From: Paramecium tetraurelia
Taxonomy: Eukaryota
Length of the DNA: 64,000 nt
Reading direction: 5' to 3'
Assembly: GCA_000165425.1 (NCBI GenBank)
Contig: CT868022.1
Span: forward strand, 124,001-188,000
Below, piece after piece: positions 1-14,548 of the stretch. The position numbers were made by a program, and so were the translations under genes. The notes beneath the pieces are model-generated. The model was given only the letters and a program-made list of their open reading frames with translations. It searched no databases and was not told the origin of the DNA. How positions within the stretch are numbered: position 1 is the first letter of the stretch; each line of letters begins with the position of its first letter.

Positions 1-17
1 GACTAAAACAAAAGTTT

Positions 18-684
18 TCATTTTGCTATTAAACTATTTACAGATCCTATTTCTCCTTTTATTAAGCACTTGCATTTGATTAGTTATCATCATTTTAAGG
101 GCTCGAAAATATTTCAGATAATTCTTAATTCTTGCTATTTTTTTAATATTAATTTCTCCTTTTAATAGTCGAGTCAAACTATTCTATCTCTTAATTCAGT
201 AAGTAGTTATTAAGCGTACCCTTATCAACCATCTTGTCAAATAATTTTTACTAAATTTCCTCCCTAAAAATCATAGGTTACATTACTACTTTTAAGTATC
301 CTTTTGGCTTTTAGTCTATCTAATTGTTTTCGAGAATACATCTTGTGTTTATTGGTTTAGATTCCTTCTCATTCTTGAAGAAGAATGTGATTTGATTGTT
401 TTTACAGAATTCACACTTGAATCTGAACTTCCAGATTATATTGACTTTTGGATAGAAACATCACTATCTGATTCTGAGTCAGATATGCGTTTAAGATTGG
501 CAGGAAATTGATTAGCTTATTTAAGCTCCTGTCTCTCTAATATATTACATCTTTTGATTTATTTGCTCGTCCTTAATTATTTTGGTCTCCTTTTTGGATT
601 ATCCTCAGATTAAAACGATGTGGTGTTGTTGTTAACAACTATTGTTTTAGAGGGATACCTCTTTCTGGGATTTAGAGATTGCAT
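18..684 (-). CDS. Hypothetical Ser/Lys/Gln-rich protein
   Basis: ATG at 684; code-6 frame MQSLNPRKRYPSKTIVV...SDSESDSDVSIQKS...; one 23-nt intron (gtaatgtaacctatgatttttag); ends ...GSVNSLIAK-TGA at 18-20. No recognisable domain. Confidence 0.7.
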
Positions 685-2046
685 AAATTAAATAATATTT
701 AAAAACTAATTCACTCAATAAAACTTGAGAAGATACTACTTTTTACTCACAACCTACAATCTCTGCAATAACAGAAATTTCGAAACTATCATTTATTCTG
801 TAATACTATTGATTATAAATAGTTAGATACTCTATTTTAATTTAGGGTTGCAGGGTTTTAATAATATTAATCCGCATTTTGATTTAAAGCAAATAATATG
901 AGTTTCAATTTATTAAATTACTTTCTAAATAAAAAATCTCCAATCTCTTTTTTTGTGACTTAATAATGATAATTTAATTTTCTTGACACAATAATCTTAT
1001 AATTCAATAATCCAAGATAGATATTTTAATTTATTATTAATTAAGGTTTTCTGTTGGAATTAATCAAGTTCTAATGTTGTAAGGTTTTTTTTGTCTCATT
1101 TGATCAACTAGTGTAATTTATTTAGTTATCGAATATATATTAACTAGACTTTAATAATGGAATTTATATCTAATAAATAAATTTAATACAGAATAAATAG
1201 TTTTAATAATAGTATTATTTGATTATTCACTTTTTTTGGTTCTCCTTTTGTAAATTTACAATAGACTAATAATTATTCAATAAATTTTTGTGTTAATGGA
1301 ATTTTTATGTTATTCTGATATTGAATTAAAGTAATAAGATAACGTATAAAAAATAGCAGAATTAAGTATTTATGTTTCAATGACTATAAAAACAGTAAGA
1401 TAATGAGAACTAATCATAGCGCAAACGAATATTTCTATAATTTACTGTGTATCCGCAGTGTTGTCAAAAATACTCTTTTTGAGGAGGGAGTTGTCCATTA
1501 AAAATATCTTAAAATTCTTTATAAATACTTTTTTTGTTTTTATCATTCATTGATTAATTTGTAAAAGGAGGCACGCATGATAATCATTTCCCAAGATTGG
1601 ATTTTTTGTATTACTATCGTATATGTTATAAATAAATTTAGATATTTTTGTTTTATCCAGTTTTTATCAATTAAGAGTGATATAAATCTAATTACTATCA
1701 AAAAAGTGATCAGGAATAAATCTATATTCTGATTCTTAATTTCTTATTTTGTTATTATGATTAGGTATACAATGAAATCATTAGAGAAATAAATTAAAGA
1801 AAATGAGAGAAACTCAAATTAACATTTCCCTATGAATTTTACACTTTAAAATGATTATTATTATTTTTGATTTTATCCATATTATACAAATATTCAGTTT
1901 TAAATAATTTGTTTCTTAATTAATTCAGACTTTACTATTCTACTTTGAAATTTAAACTGATAAAAGTCTGCAATTTAGCAATAATTTTTGATATATTTAC
2001 TAGAAAAGTTTAGCATTATTATATATTTTTAATCAGAGATTTTATG

Positions 2047-2051
2047 AAAAA
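2047..2051 (-). terminator. Pol III oligo-T terminator of the tRNA-like gene
   Basis: TTTTT on the minus strand 2 nt after the discriminator base. Confidence 0.55.
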
Positions 2052-2053
2052 GA

Positions 2054-2124
2054 GGGACCATATGGGAGTTGAACCCATGCTTGACTTACCCGAATCTTCC
2101 ATACTACCGTTATACTAATGACTC
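2054..2124 (-). tRNA. tRNA-Pro(CGG)-like gene with disrupted anticodon stem (possible pseudo-tRNA)
   Basis: GAGTCAT TA GTAT AACGGTA GTAT G GAAGA TTCGGGT AAGTC AAGC ATGGG TTCAACT CCCAT ATGGTCC C: 71 nt, perfect T arm, A/B boxes, Pro-type loop TT-CGG-GT, C73 discriminator. Anticodon stem pairs only 2 of 5; acceptor has one A-C mismatch and two G-T pairs. Confidence 0.7.
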
Positions 2125-2956
2125 TGTTAAACTTTTTCATTTAATGATTTAATACTATTTTTTTTACATCTTTATTATTTGTTTTAGCAGTGCCTCCTTG
2201 AGAATATCTAAAAATACCACAATCTTGTTACAGATATTTTCAGATAAAATTAATTATTTACATACAATCAACTTTAAGAAACAATAATTGCTCTTGCAAT
2301 TAAAGAAAAATAAAGAACAAAAAAAATTCGAAAATGATGATTGTCTTTATACCAATTTACATATGGTAATTTAGTTAAATTATCAAAACTTAACAGTTTT
2401 TTGATTAGACTAGTAGAATCCTTCAAAGTAGATTTTTTGATAATAGTTGACTTGTCAATTTATGTATTAGAAATTATTTAAAATCCTTAATTATTGAAAA
2501 CTACTCTTAAAAGAATGAATAAATTACAATACTATTTTTCTTAAATGATAGAAATTACAAGTAGAAAAAGGTGTCTAAAATTTCTATCAGAGAATGATGC
2601 TTTAAAAAGTTGACCCTGGGGATAGAATTTAATGAAGCTTGTGAGGAAAATCTGGAGTTTTTTCGAAGGTGTTAGAGAAATTATAGATAAAATCTAGAAG
2701 ATTCTTAGGCTTATAATCATTTGATTTAGACAAAATGTATTTTATGAATTTTTATAACATAATTTGTTATTTTTTTAGTACAATCATTTTAATAGCAACT
2801 AAGTTTCTATTTCAAAATTTCGTGTTGTACAAAAATTATTCAACAGTGTTAACCTTAATGAGACACTTTAACCATATCATTTATTTAACTGCATCTCAAT
2901 AAGAAATTGAGTTTTGCGCAATTTCAGACACATATAAATATTTTCATCCAGAAACA

Positions 2957-3676
2957 ATGGAAGAATTCATACCTCAATATTCTGATTCTAAACCGAAAAT
3001 TTAATCATCAATATACTATGTACCTGATCGAACGATAGCCTATAATAAAAACATATGTATTTTTCAAAAATTTGCTCAAATCCCTTATTATCAATTATCT
3101 GACAATTGTCATATCAAACATGGAATAAATTTCGATATGCCTAATATCAAATTAGCTTCCTTTTTATTTGTAGCCTCGACCGAACCCTTGATAGTTTACT
3201 TTTACAGTAGATTGGTTGTAAATGACTAATATCTTATGCACATCAACGATTTACAAAATCAATTGGGCAATTCATAATTAGATTATAAACTGAGACAGTT
3301 TTGGATTCAAGTAATAGAGTCTCATAATTTTCCTGTGAATTTCAAGCGTTCTTAATTAATTCAAGTAGATTTTCAGTAATACAATGGAGTTTTAAAGGTT
3401 TCTTAAATAAACAATAATGTCATTCATCCGAAGGTCCTTAAGGATGCTTTTGAAATGGATAAGAGAATGGTGATGACCAAATATAATAACATAAGAAATC
3501 TGATTAAAAAAAAATTGAAAAATTTTAGGATGTAGGAGAGCCTTTTCGTAGCTCTGCAAGAATTAACAAAAGATAAAGCATAGGAGTAAAGACATGATGA
3601 TTCATTTCAAATTTTAATTGATTATAATAGAGTAGGCAAGAGAGTTTACAACTATGTAGAATCAACGTGTCCATGA
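2957..3676 (+). CDS. Hypothetical protein, 239 aa, single exon
   Basis: Uninterrupted code-6 ORF MEEFIPQYSDSKPKIQSSIYYVPDRT...RVYNYVESTCP-TGA, 720 nt; no motif recognised. Confidence 0.75.
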
Positions 3677-3749
3677 ATTTATATATATAAGTTATTTAGA
3701 TTAAAAAATATTCAGTCTATTTATTAACGCATTTATTTATGATACTAAC

Positions 3750-4142
3750 TCAACGGATATCGGTTTGCCAAAACCAAAGAAGCAAAATAATCAGGATAAA
3801 ATTAATTAATTGATAGAAGTAAGAGTTTTAATTAATATATTGCTATCCTAGCAAAGTAGGAAAATGATATTTCATAATAAAAATAGTTTACTCTAATGCT
3901 TTAGCATACTACTGAATAGACGAAAGGTAATCAGAGTGTATGATATTCGATTTCATATTTATATAACTAAGTTTAATCTCTAAAAAAGAGCTAAATTTAT
4001 GAGCTCCTAAACTATTATCATTACACAATAGAATATCCATGAAAATCTTTAATCTAATTTGAAACAATTTATTGGCATCTAAATATGTCTTGAGACTAGA
4101 AGTATTAATTAACAAATTTTGGAAATTAAAGTTAATCAACAT
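3750..4142 (-). CDS. Possible small protein (130 aa) with C-terminal hydrophobic anchor
   Basis: Track ORF 3909..4148 extends through TAG/TAA to ...YQLINFILIILLLWFWQTDIR-TGA. A plus-strand frame is also open here, so strand and reality are uncertain. Confidence 0.35.
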
Positions 4143-4281
4143 TAGCAATAAGTTAATTAAAGTTTTGTATTGAATTTTCTTTTTTATTAAAATATTTAAT
4201 AAATGAATAGTAGCTCATAATTCTAAGAGAATTCCAGGGTTAATCAATAAAATATTCGTATATTAAAATTAATTAATTTTT

Positions 4282-4761
4282 ATGTTGTTAATATGGTTGA
4301 TGCATTTCGATTATAGATGGTGCTGGAGAAAAAACATACCCTTTTTTGGTTATTTTTGGATTTTGACAGCCATTATAAAATTTTCCCAATTAGTCCAACT
4401 TTTTGATGAATACAGGAGCGTTGTCCTCATTATTTAAGCAGTTCTTGCAATAAAAATACATCTGGCAATAATGAACAAGAAAAATGAGAAAAATATTGAA
4501 TAATATAAGAAGCGAGCTGATGTAACAACAGAGATGACATTATGGGTCTAAAAAAAAGTGCTTAAGACTATCACTGGAAAAAGCGCATTTTTGTTTTCAT
4601 TGTTTGATGTATTTTGGATATATTAGGACATATTTGCTTTTATTATGGTTGTGCCAGTCATAATGACTTTTGTAGGGTTTGTTGTAATAAAATTATCAGC
4701 TCTTGTTGTGAGTTGGGCATATCCAGAATTGTATATTAAGTTAAATAGAAAATCGAATTGA
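4282..4761 (+). CDS. Small hypothetical membrane protein (~159 aa)
   Basis: Code-6 ORF MLLIWLMHFDYRWCWRKNIPFFGYFWILTAII...DIFAFIMVVPVIMTFVGFVVIKLSALVVSWAYPELYIKLNRKSN-TGA; several hydrophobic stretches; true start uncertain. Confidence 0.55.
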
Positions 4762-4803
4762 TTTATATAATATTATATTGTTTATAAATGAAAGTACAAC
4801 TAA

Positions 4804-6570
4804 TCATTTTGTTAAGTAATCAGGGAATAAATCCTAGACCAAATGCAAGGGATCTTAATAATTTGTATAAGAGTTCATTTTTAATAGTTATGAATTCAGT
4901 TCTCTGACATCAGTGACCATTCTAAATTTCATTAAATAATTTTGTAAATATAATAATTCCTAAATTTGAGCAAATTGATTACTTAATCATGTTTATTATC
5001 ATAATATGCAATAATTGGTACTCCATTATCTATTTATTACCCAAATGAGTAACTAGCATTATCAACTAAGAGAAGATTAGATAACTTCCTATTTCCTAAG
5101 ACTCTAGAGAGAGATAAGTAAATTGTAATACCTTAAATCCTTGATATAAGCTCCATCTTCACTTTGTAAACAATGATCTCTGAAAAGTCTATGACTAATC
5201 CATTGTTTTTTTGGGTCCAAGTAATCCAAGACTACATTGGCATAGCATGAATGCGAAGCTGTGAAAACAATAATTTCGAAATGACGAGATAGAGTTTAAA
5301 GTATTTGTTAAGCAAAAGGTCTGATATTGATTGAAGCTTGAATGGTTTCTCCAGTAGGGAAAGTGATTGGCAATACGACATCTCCAGGAACAGCCACGCT
5401 TTCATTGCAATGAATGAGAGTTTCATCTAAATCAAAAACTACAGTTTTAAGATGATTAGATTTTGGTAGATTCACAACTTTATCCTCTTAGAATTGCAAT
5501 TGTAGGTTCCTAGCATACTCTAGTCCCTAATTTGCGATAAGAAATGCTTTTACCTGTATGGTTTACACAATATGATCTCTAACGACTTCATCATTTTTAT
5601 TAGCCTATTCTTAGACTAAAGCTTTCACTACGCTTGATATATAATACAGAAACTAGATATAAGGTTGAATAATTACAGTGTCATCTTTTTTAGGTTTTTA
5701 GGATGAATAGGATTTCTCATTGACAATGACTTTAGTGGTTGGGATGATATTTTAACTAATTTCTAAGGATTAGTGTCTGCTGAGTTGAGATTGTTGTGGT
5801 TGAGTTGGTTTTTTTATTTGCTTGACTTGTGTAACGAACTGATCTAGATTGACAGTAGATTGTTTTTCTTTGGTTATTTGACTTTATTTTAAGGCTTTGT
5901 TGAGTTGTAGATTGAGTGCAGTTGCACATTTTGTTAGTTCCTTTGGTGTGCTAGATTCTTTGGGTTCATAATTTTCTTGGTCTTTTTTTTGAAAAAACTT
6001 AGCAGCTAATCCAACTGGTTTTTGTTTGGCTCTTTCAGATTGTTTCTGGAGTTGTGAGTTACTTATTTCAATATTGGATTTAATTTTGTTGATCTTGTTT
6101 TCTAAAAATAACAATTTTTCGTGTAATTTTTTATATTCTGATTAATCAATTTATTTGTTTGGCAACTGTTAATTAGATTATGATTTCACAAGAGTATTAT
6201 CTGGAACCTATTTTAATGAATAATATCTCGATTAAGGTGTAGCTTGTTATGGTTGAATGTATGTTGAGTTCTTTAATTCTTTGAATGAGCATCTGGATGG
6301 TTGCTTTTGATTGGAGAAGGCTATTTTGTCATTGGATGCTGAGGATGGTCTTGGCACTGCCTATACTGATGGTTGTCTGGGTTGAGAGGAGTTGGGACGC
6401 ATTTCTGGTTTTTGGAGGGTCTGAGTGGATTGGTATTGTGGATAGGCTTGTATGGGTTTTCGTTTTTGTAATTATGCGTATGTGTTCTCTTTGTCAGGAG
6501 TCTATTTGAAGGACTAACGGAAGGAGTCTTAAACTACAGGTCTTTGTGCATATTGAGGTACTCGTTGCAT
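4804..6570 (-). CDS. NIF/FCP1-SCP family (HAD) CTD small phosphatase-like protein with long Gln/Ser/Pro-rich N-terminus
   Basis: TVVFDLDETLIHC (DxDxT), NIRPFAQQILQTLSRHFEIIVFTASHSCYANVVLDYLDP, YIKDLRVLGNRKLSNLLLVDNASYSF...NGVPI; at least two tiny introns; ATG 6570, TGA 4804-4806. Confidence 0.93.
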
Positions 6571-6780
6571 TCAGTTTAAATTAGTTAAATTAAAAAAAGT
6601 CTGTTTAATTAAATATAATGTCTCCACATTATGTTAATACAGAAAGTCGTCATATGTCATATGAACAAGTTAATATGGGGATATCATAACTGAATTTAAT
6701 GATGCGAGATTAGTTTGCAAACGAAATAAATAAGTTTTTTTACATGTCATTGTGATATTATTATTTTATTAATAATTAAA

Positions 6781-9700
6781 ATGAGTTAGCTGCTGGAATG
6801 TAAGTGATTCATGCTAGACTAGGTTTAATTTAACAATTCATACGGGATGGAGACGAAAAGCAGAGTGAATAGATAAGTCGTTAAGTGATGTAGAAGCATC
6901 CTGTTATCTACTTGTGTAAATGTTCTGAGATTTTGGATGATGTATGTATTGAATGTATGTTTAGATGGCTGAAATCAATGGTGAATACATCAGAGTGCTT
7001 AAGTTGACTCTTCAAGTTGCTGGATTGTTAACCAAAACAGAGGATGCCAAATTAGCAGTCATACAATATACACAAGTGTTAAAACGAATAATAAATCGAA
7101 TACTAAGTCAGACTCAAATTTCAGAGGAGTTGAACTAATTGCTGAGTGATATCCACATTAAATTAATGGATGTTTTCGATGAGTTGATTATCAATCACAT
7201 CTCTGACTTTTTTGAATCAGGACGTGTTCCTGAAATAGTTATTTTGAAGATCATTCAGCAGATTTTTGAATCTCAAAGTAAAGTATTAGTTAAACTTGTT
7301 TAGGCAAAGAATACTTCCGACAATTTTCATATGAAATCTTATAGAAGATTCTGTCGTCTCTCTCTCTTGTGAAGACTGATCAATGTAGATTGGATTATTG
7401 TTCATTGTTGCAATCTATTTATAAGACCCTCAATCATTTCGAAGAGAATTAGGTCCATATTAATCAGGAACAGGTTCAAAATGTGAGTTGGCTTATCTTC
7501 GACTAAATCATTAAGGATTGGATGCAGACAACAATCCAATTGCAAGTGTTGTCATTGGTGGGATTCATGAGTCAATTCATCTCCAGAGAGAGATTGGAAC
7601 GCAGTCTTGAAAGATTGACCTCGATCTACTTGAGCGTATTGAAACAGAAGAATAACCAATTAAGACCATTATTCGAAGGCTTCAACAAATTCTTGGAGAG
7701 ACTATACAAATTGGATAGAATCGGATATGAGGGAATCATTAAATCAATCATGGTGTCTCTGTATGAGTTTTACAAAAACCCCATCTTCTCTCCCAATTAT
7801 CCATTTGATCCCAATGCCTTGAAGTACAAGAATGATTTATTGACTCTTCTGCAGACAGTGTCAAAGTTCAACATTGATAATTGTTTGGACTTGTTCATAG
7901 GAAGAATCAATGTAAATAAACATACGTTATTGTTTAGAGTAAGGATTCAATTGAGAGAGTCTCTTGTCTATGGATTTGCAATTTCATTCTGTCTAGAAAT
8001 TTTAAGCAGATCTCAGAACCATACAAAAGACAACTGGTCTTATAATTGTTGAATTTGTAATTCGAACAAGATTGTGAAGTTAGATATGCCATTTGTGAGA
8101 TCATTCTATAAATACAGTACAAACTCAAGGATGAAGAATAACCAATCAATCAGACCTCCTTGGATGTGAAGGCTTTGCTCTTTTATCTCTTCAATTAAGT
8201 TTCGATACACGATAAGGAATTGGAGGAATACGGCAAACAAAGGGCTGCCCCATTTGAAACCACACTAGAAGTAAGTTTTAAATTTAAATTTTGAAAGCTA
8301 TTGAAGAGTAGAGCATAAAAAATATTGACCACCCTTTCGTAAGATCAATACTTTTATGATTTATTATGGCCGATGGGATTGGAAATCATCAACAACCAAA
8401 AGTTCTCCCCTGGATTGTCTCATATCTTTAAATGTTACACTTAGATCTTACAAAAATTAAACACAATCACACATAACTCCCCTGTTGCTTAACATGTGAT
8501 AATTGTGAGGATGTTGCTCCTCATTTAGATTCCTTACTTCTTCCCAAATTTAGGTTTTGAGGCTGTTAACTTCTTGCCACATTTAATAAAGACTTTCGAT
8601 TTGAAGGTGCCAAGTAGTTTCCACTAAAATGTCGAGGCTTTGAAACAATACCTGACAAACAAGAGACCATTGGATGAATTCTACGAAGAGAAAGTGTAAT
8701 AGATTTGGAAGGTTTGTTTGTCATTGTTCATATAAAACAAAGAACTCTCTTAAATAGAGGAAGATTTCCAAGTGTAACTTAGCATGTACTTAAATTCACA
8801 AGCTTTGAAATTGCCGATTATGAAAATGTAAGCCACCTTGATGAGTTTTCTCACCAATCAAGAAACAATCAAATACAATCTAGATAAGTTGTTTAGTTTT
8901 TGTCATCAAGAATACACAAATCAAGCACTCAATCTGAATGTTCCCATCTAAGAACCAGACTTTAATCTTAGATTGTGTGTTGCTGAATGCTTTGGTTACA
9001 TCGGCGAAAGACACACACAGTTAGTTCTAGACAAAGTGAAGTCGATTTTGAATTGTGAAGTCATTCAAAAGAAAAATACAGGTTCCTTTAAGGAGAGTGT
9101 TTTTTCGATCTTTTAAAAAAGTGGAAGTGATGAGTATTTGGCTTCATTTCGAGCCACTCTGCTGATTGCTTATGGATGTTTAGCCAAATAAGTTTCATTA
9201 GAAATACTGGAGAAGAACATCTTACCTAATGTTATGCCGTTCATTGGACATGAGCAATTGTTCAACTCCCTTCAAATATCTTTGGAATCCATTAGCAAAG
9301 CCATTGAGAGGTCAGTCGAGAACACTGATGAAGCAGCAGCATCCTCATTTTTGTTGAGTTACCAAAAGTATAGGGATTAAGTGTTGACTCACTGTTAAAA
9401 GAATATTACAAGGGGGAATGTATTCAGAAATCTCAATACAATTAATTTATAATATCGATTGGCACCTATTGAGTACAACAAAGTCAAACAATTATTGAGT
9501 CAACACTTGGAATAGAAGTATGATCTATCAATTGAGTAGGTCAATATCACATTTTAGAATTGTTTCTTGTTGTTTTTGGGAACAATCAAATTGGAAGAAG
9601 ACTCTTAAACTATATCTGTTTGGCAATCTCTATTGTATCTAATCAAATCAATAAAGGACAATGATCAACTCATTGAGATTTTGCAGAAAAGCATTTAGAG

Positions 9701-11703
9701 AGTAAAATTGAAGATGGAATAAAACCACAAGAACTACTTTAAGGTGATTCTGACCTTACTCTCAATATTATACCGAAATACAAATGCCAAAAGATCAGTG
9801 GTTCTGATCTTAGAGAAAGTCATGTTGAGTCTAGGAGTGTACTTGGATATCTATTAGAAAACAGATGAAGAATTCAACTCTTAATTAATTAAGTCATTGA
9901 GAGAAAAGTTGCACCACAGTGAATTGACTACTTTGCTGTAAGAGTTATAGAATCTGATCAATGAGCCAATTGTTGAATCACTCCATGGGTTTGTCTCGCT
10001 CATTCAATGTGTTTATCAAAGTGAATATGCTGATTTAAACAGGGTGCTAACTCTATTTTAATTGATTTGTCAATAAGGAGCAGGATCATCTTCTGAAGAA
10101 TTGATGTAATTTTGTTGTTATATTAATTATTATAGTAATTCTAATTTAAGTAAAGCAATGGATTTATTGGCTCAGAATAATTTGAGCGATTCTTTGGAAA
10201 TCCTTCTGGAAAACCATTCAGAATTTCCAGTTGGTATGTTCCCTAAACTGTTCCTTAATTGTGTAGGTTAGAAGAAGGCCTTCATGGTGTAGAGCTTTAA
10301 GTTTTTGACTGATGTCCTAAACAATCCAGAAGGAAGTAAGTTATCATCGTAATTTGTAGTCATTGCTGGAGATATTGGAAACTATTTAGTTAATGCCTCC
10401 TTATTTATTGGATAATTGTTGATTGATGAAAATAAGATTCTAGCTGAAATGCTACCAAAATCAATGGCCAGTATATTGGGAACTTTCTTATTGAGATTCA
10501 TGACTTGTCATGATCCTAAATTATCTGGATCCTCGTAATCAGTTTAGACTGCTATTTGGGCATTCTAAAATTTGTTGACTATTTGCAATATTGAAGGAAT
10601 ATCCTAGCACGTTTTCAAGAAGTTGTTGATCGAAGAGGAAGTGGAGGATGGAGTCCAGGAGATCGTAATGATATATTGCAAGGGAGCATCGTTTCAAGAT
10701 TAACAGAAACTCTTTAATTTCATAGAAGGATTTACCAAAAAGGAATAGGCTTCATATAGATTGGGTGCCATTGTTGTTATTAGTTAATTCATCAGAAGTT
10801 ACAAGAAGGAATATGAATAGCAGAGCGTTTATGAGAATCTCTTGAAAACCCTATTGGAATCAGCTGAGGATGACAGTGATAATGTTAGAGCCCAAGTGGC
10901 ATTTGGATTGGGAGGCCTATCATATTATCTAAAGGCGGAGGAGACCATTGATAAAGAGCTATTACAAGAGATCATCGAATGTCTTATAAGTTTACTGGAT
11001 GACTAATAGGAGATTTGCGTGAGAAGTGCGATGATTAGTTTATAAAATCTGGTTGATTCAAAGACTGATTTTGTGGCATACATTCCATAGTTAATTTTTA
11101 CTACAACATCTAATTTTGAGAAAACTATGACCAAGATTAGAATTTCAGCATTCTCTCTTTTCTCAAAATTATGCAATACTTGTTTTGTAGAGAATATAAT
11201 GAACGAATAGATTATGTCCTATTTGAGATAGGCATTTGTATCTGTGATGCTTCATTTGTTAGATGATAGTGTTTAGGTTAGACAAGTGTGCAAGTTGGCT
11301 TTGGAACCAATAGGCAATTTACTTCAAATCCCATTACTTTAGTATATTAATTTGTTTACATTTTATAGAAAATTATCGAACAATGAAATCTAAAGTGAAC
11401 TTGAGATGAGTCATTTGGAAGAAAATGAAAAAATCATCATGATAATGAGTATAAACTTGGAGCAAGAACATTTAAATGTATTTATTTCAACTAGTTACTT
11501 AGACCTATATCAAAGCGTTGATCGAGTTTTGTAAGAGTCCAGAACACAATATCAAGGGAGCTGCCTTATTTAGTTTGATTATTCTGTTGTCCTTCAGAGA
11601 GGTTGGAGATTACAGAGCACACATTGAGTAATTATGCAAGGACAACAGCAAAGCCAAGTTGGTCACCAAATAATTGGTGATGAAGGCAGCGTACTATTTA
11701 TGA
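6781..11703 (+). CDS. MROH1: Maestro HEAT-like repeat protein (MROH1/HEATR7A; plant SGR6-like), ~1,570 aa
   Basis: Continuous code-6 frame after removing ~8 introns of 23-30 nt; helical HEAT pattern with MROH1-like blocks LLWPMGLE, RLCVAECFGYIGERHTQLVLDKV, RATLLIAYGCLA, IRISAFSLFSKL..AFVSVMLHLLDDSVQVRQVCKLAL. Confidence 0.75.
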
Positions 11704-11815
11704 CATTCCTAAAAATATATAAGAAATGTGTATAATAATAAGCAGTTATAAATAGTCATTTTTTAAATTACTCTTCTCAGTTGCGAATTAATTTTATTAT
11801 ATAATATATATTGAC

Positions 11816-13413
<1,598 letters not shown>

Positions 13414-13520
13414 ATTATATTAATTTATTGTTTATCATAATGGGATTATGTATATGCAATTAATCAATCATTTGTGCATTGCCAATATGAATTACAAATA
13501 ACATAAATATTATTATATCA

Positions 13521-14231
13521 TCAATTAGGAAGGTACTTTTACAAATGAAGCAACAGCTAGGGATTCTTCACTTTGACTAATTCATGAATCTGAAAATGAA
13601 TGAAAATCAAATACATCTTTTATTTTTGCATTTAATATCTAAAACTTAGATTTCACTGCCCCATGTTTGTAATAGACATGCTATTTAATGATTTCCTCAT
13701 CCCCAGCAATCATCTCAAATGTTATTAGAGTCAACTCCTTGTACTCCAATGTTTAAACTATATTCACTTATGCTCTTGCATTCTGCTAAATGTACAATAT
13801 AGGTAAAAAACTTGAGATATATTATCAAAGTATTTACTGTTGTTGCTCCAATTAACATCTTCTAAATGTCTTCACACAAACTTCAGGATAACCAAAGAAG
13901 TCTGTGTTGAGTTTTTAATTTGTTTTTACAACTTGAAAATTGTCCTTATCAACCGTGTGAAAATAATAGAAAAATAGATCGTTCTCACTTGACAACTCCA
14001 AAGTCAATTGTTATAAGTCTTTTCCATTACCCTGTTATTTGATAAATTTAAATTTGATACCAATATCATTATTCTGACTCTGATGTTTTCCGCAATACTT
14101 TGATCCTCTTGATCTGGGAATTTAATCATGAATGAGATCTCTTCATTGTATATTATCTTGTATCCTCCTTGTATACAAGGATCTAGGCTTTCGATTTATG
14201 AAAAGTCAATTTGAATTAAATTTTCTTACAT
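13521..14231 (-). CDS. SAS6L: SAS-6-like protein (SAS-6 head domain, very short coiled coil)
   Basis: LELSSENDLFFYYFHTVDKDNFQVVKTNQKLNTDFFGYPE...LNIVQ-like VNIVQTLEYKELTLITFEMIAGDEEIIKQHV (SAS-6 N/PISA motif), then only ~35 aa ending VKVKNPQLLLHLQK; 3 tiny introns. Confidence 0.8.
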
Positions 14232-14548
14232 TTAACAATAATTACATAATAAAATTCATCCTACTATCTCTCTTCTCTCTATAATATATTACTTATATCA
14301 ACTGCTTACCGTTGAAGATTGAGTTCTATCATCCAGGGATTTTGAATTTCACAAAGAAAAGATGGATTGAAGGGTTGTTACATTTGAGTAATTTCAAACC
14401 TCTACCTATATGTCAAAAGAATATGAAGAGAGCACAAAAGATATAAATCTTATATTTATAAAAAGTATTGAATAATTATGAACTCTAATATTGAATAATT
14501 TTAGGAATTCTGCTTACGATTAGTATAGAAATGAATTTTTAATAATTT

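Noticed and set aside
2180..2750. Protein-like plus-strand frames next to the tRNA-like gene
   Set aside because: TGA in all frames tried and no consistent intron solution or family motif.
14290..14490. Moderately GC-rich island considered as an H/ACA snoRNA or small gene
   Set aside because: Hairpins are imperfect, boxes ambiguous, no ATG-initiated ORF; more likely a gene relic.
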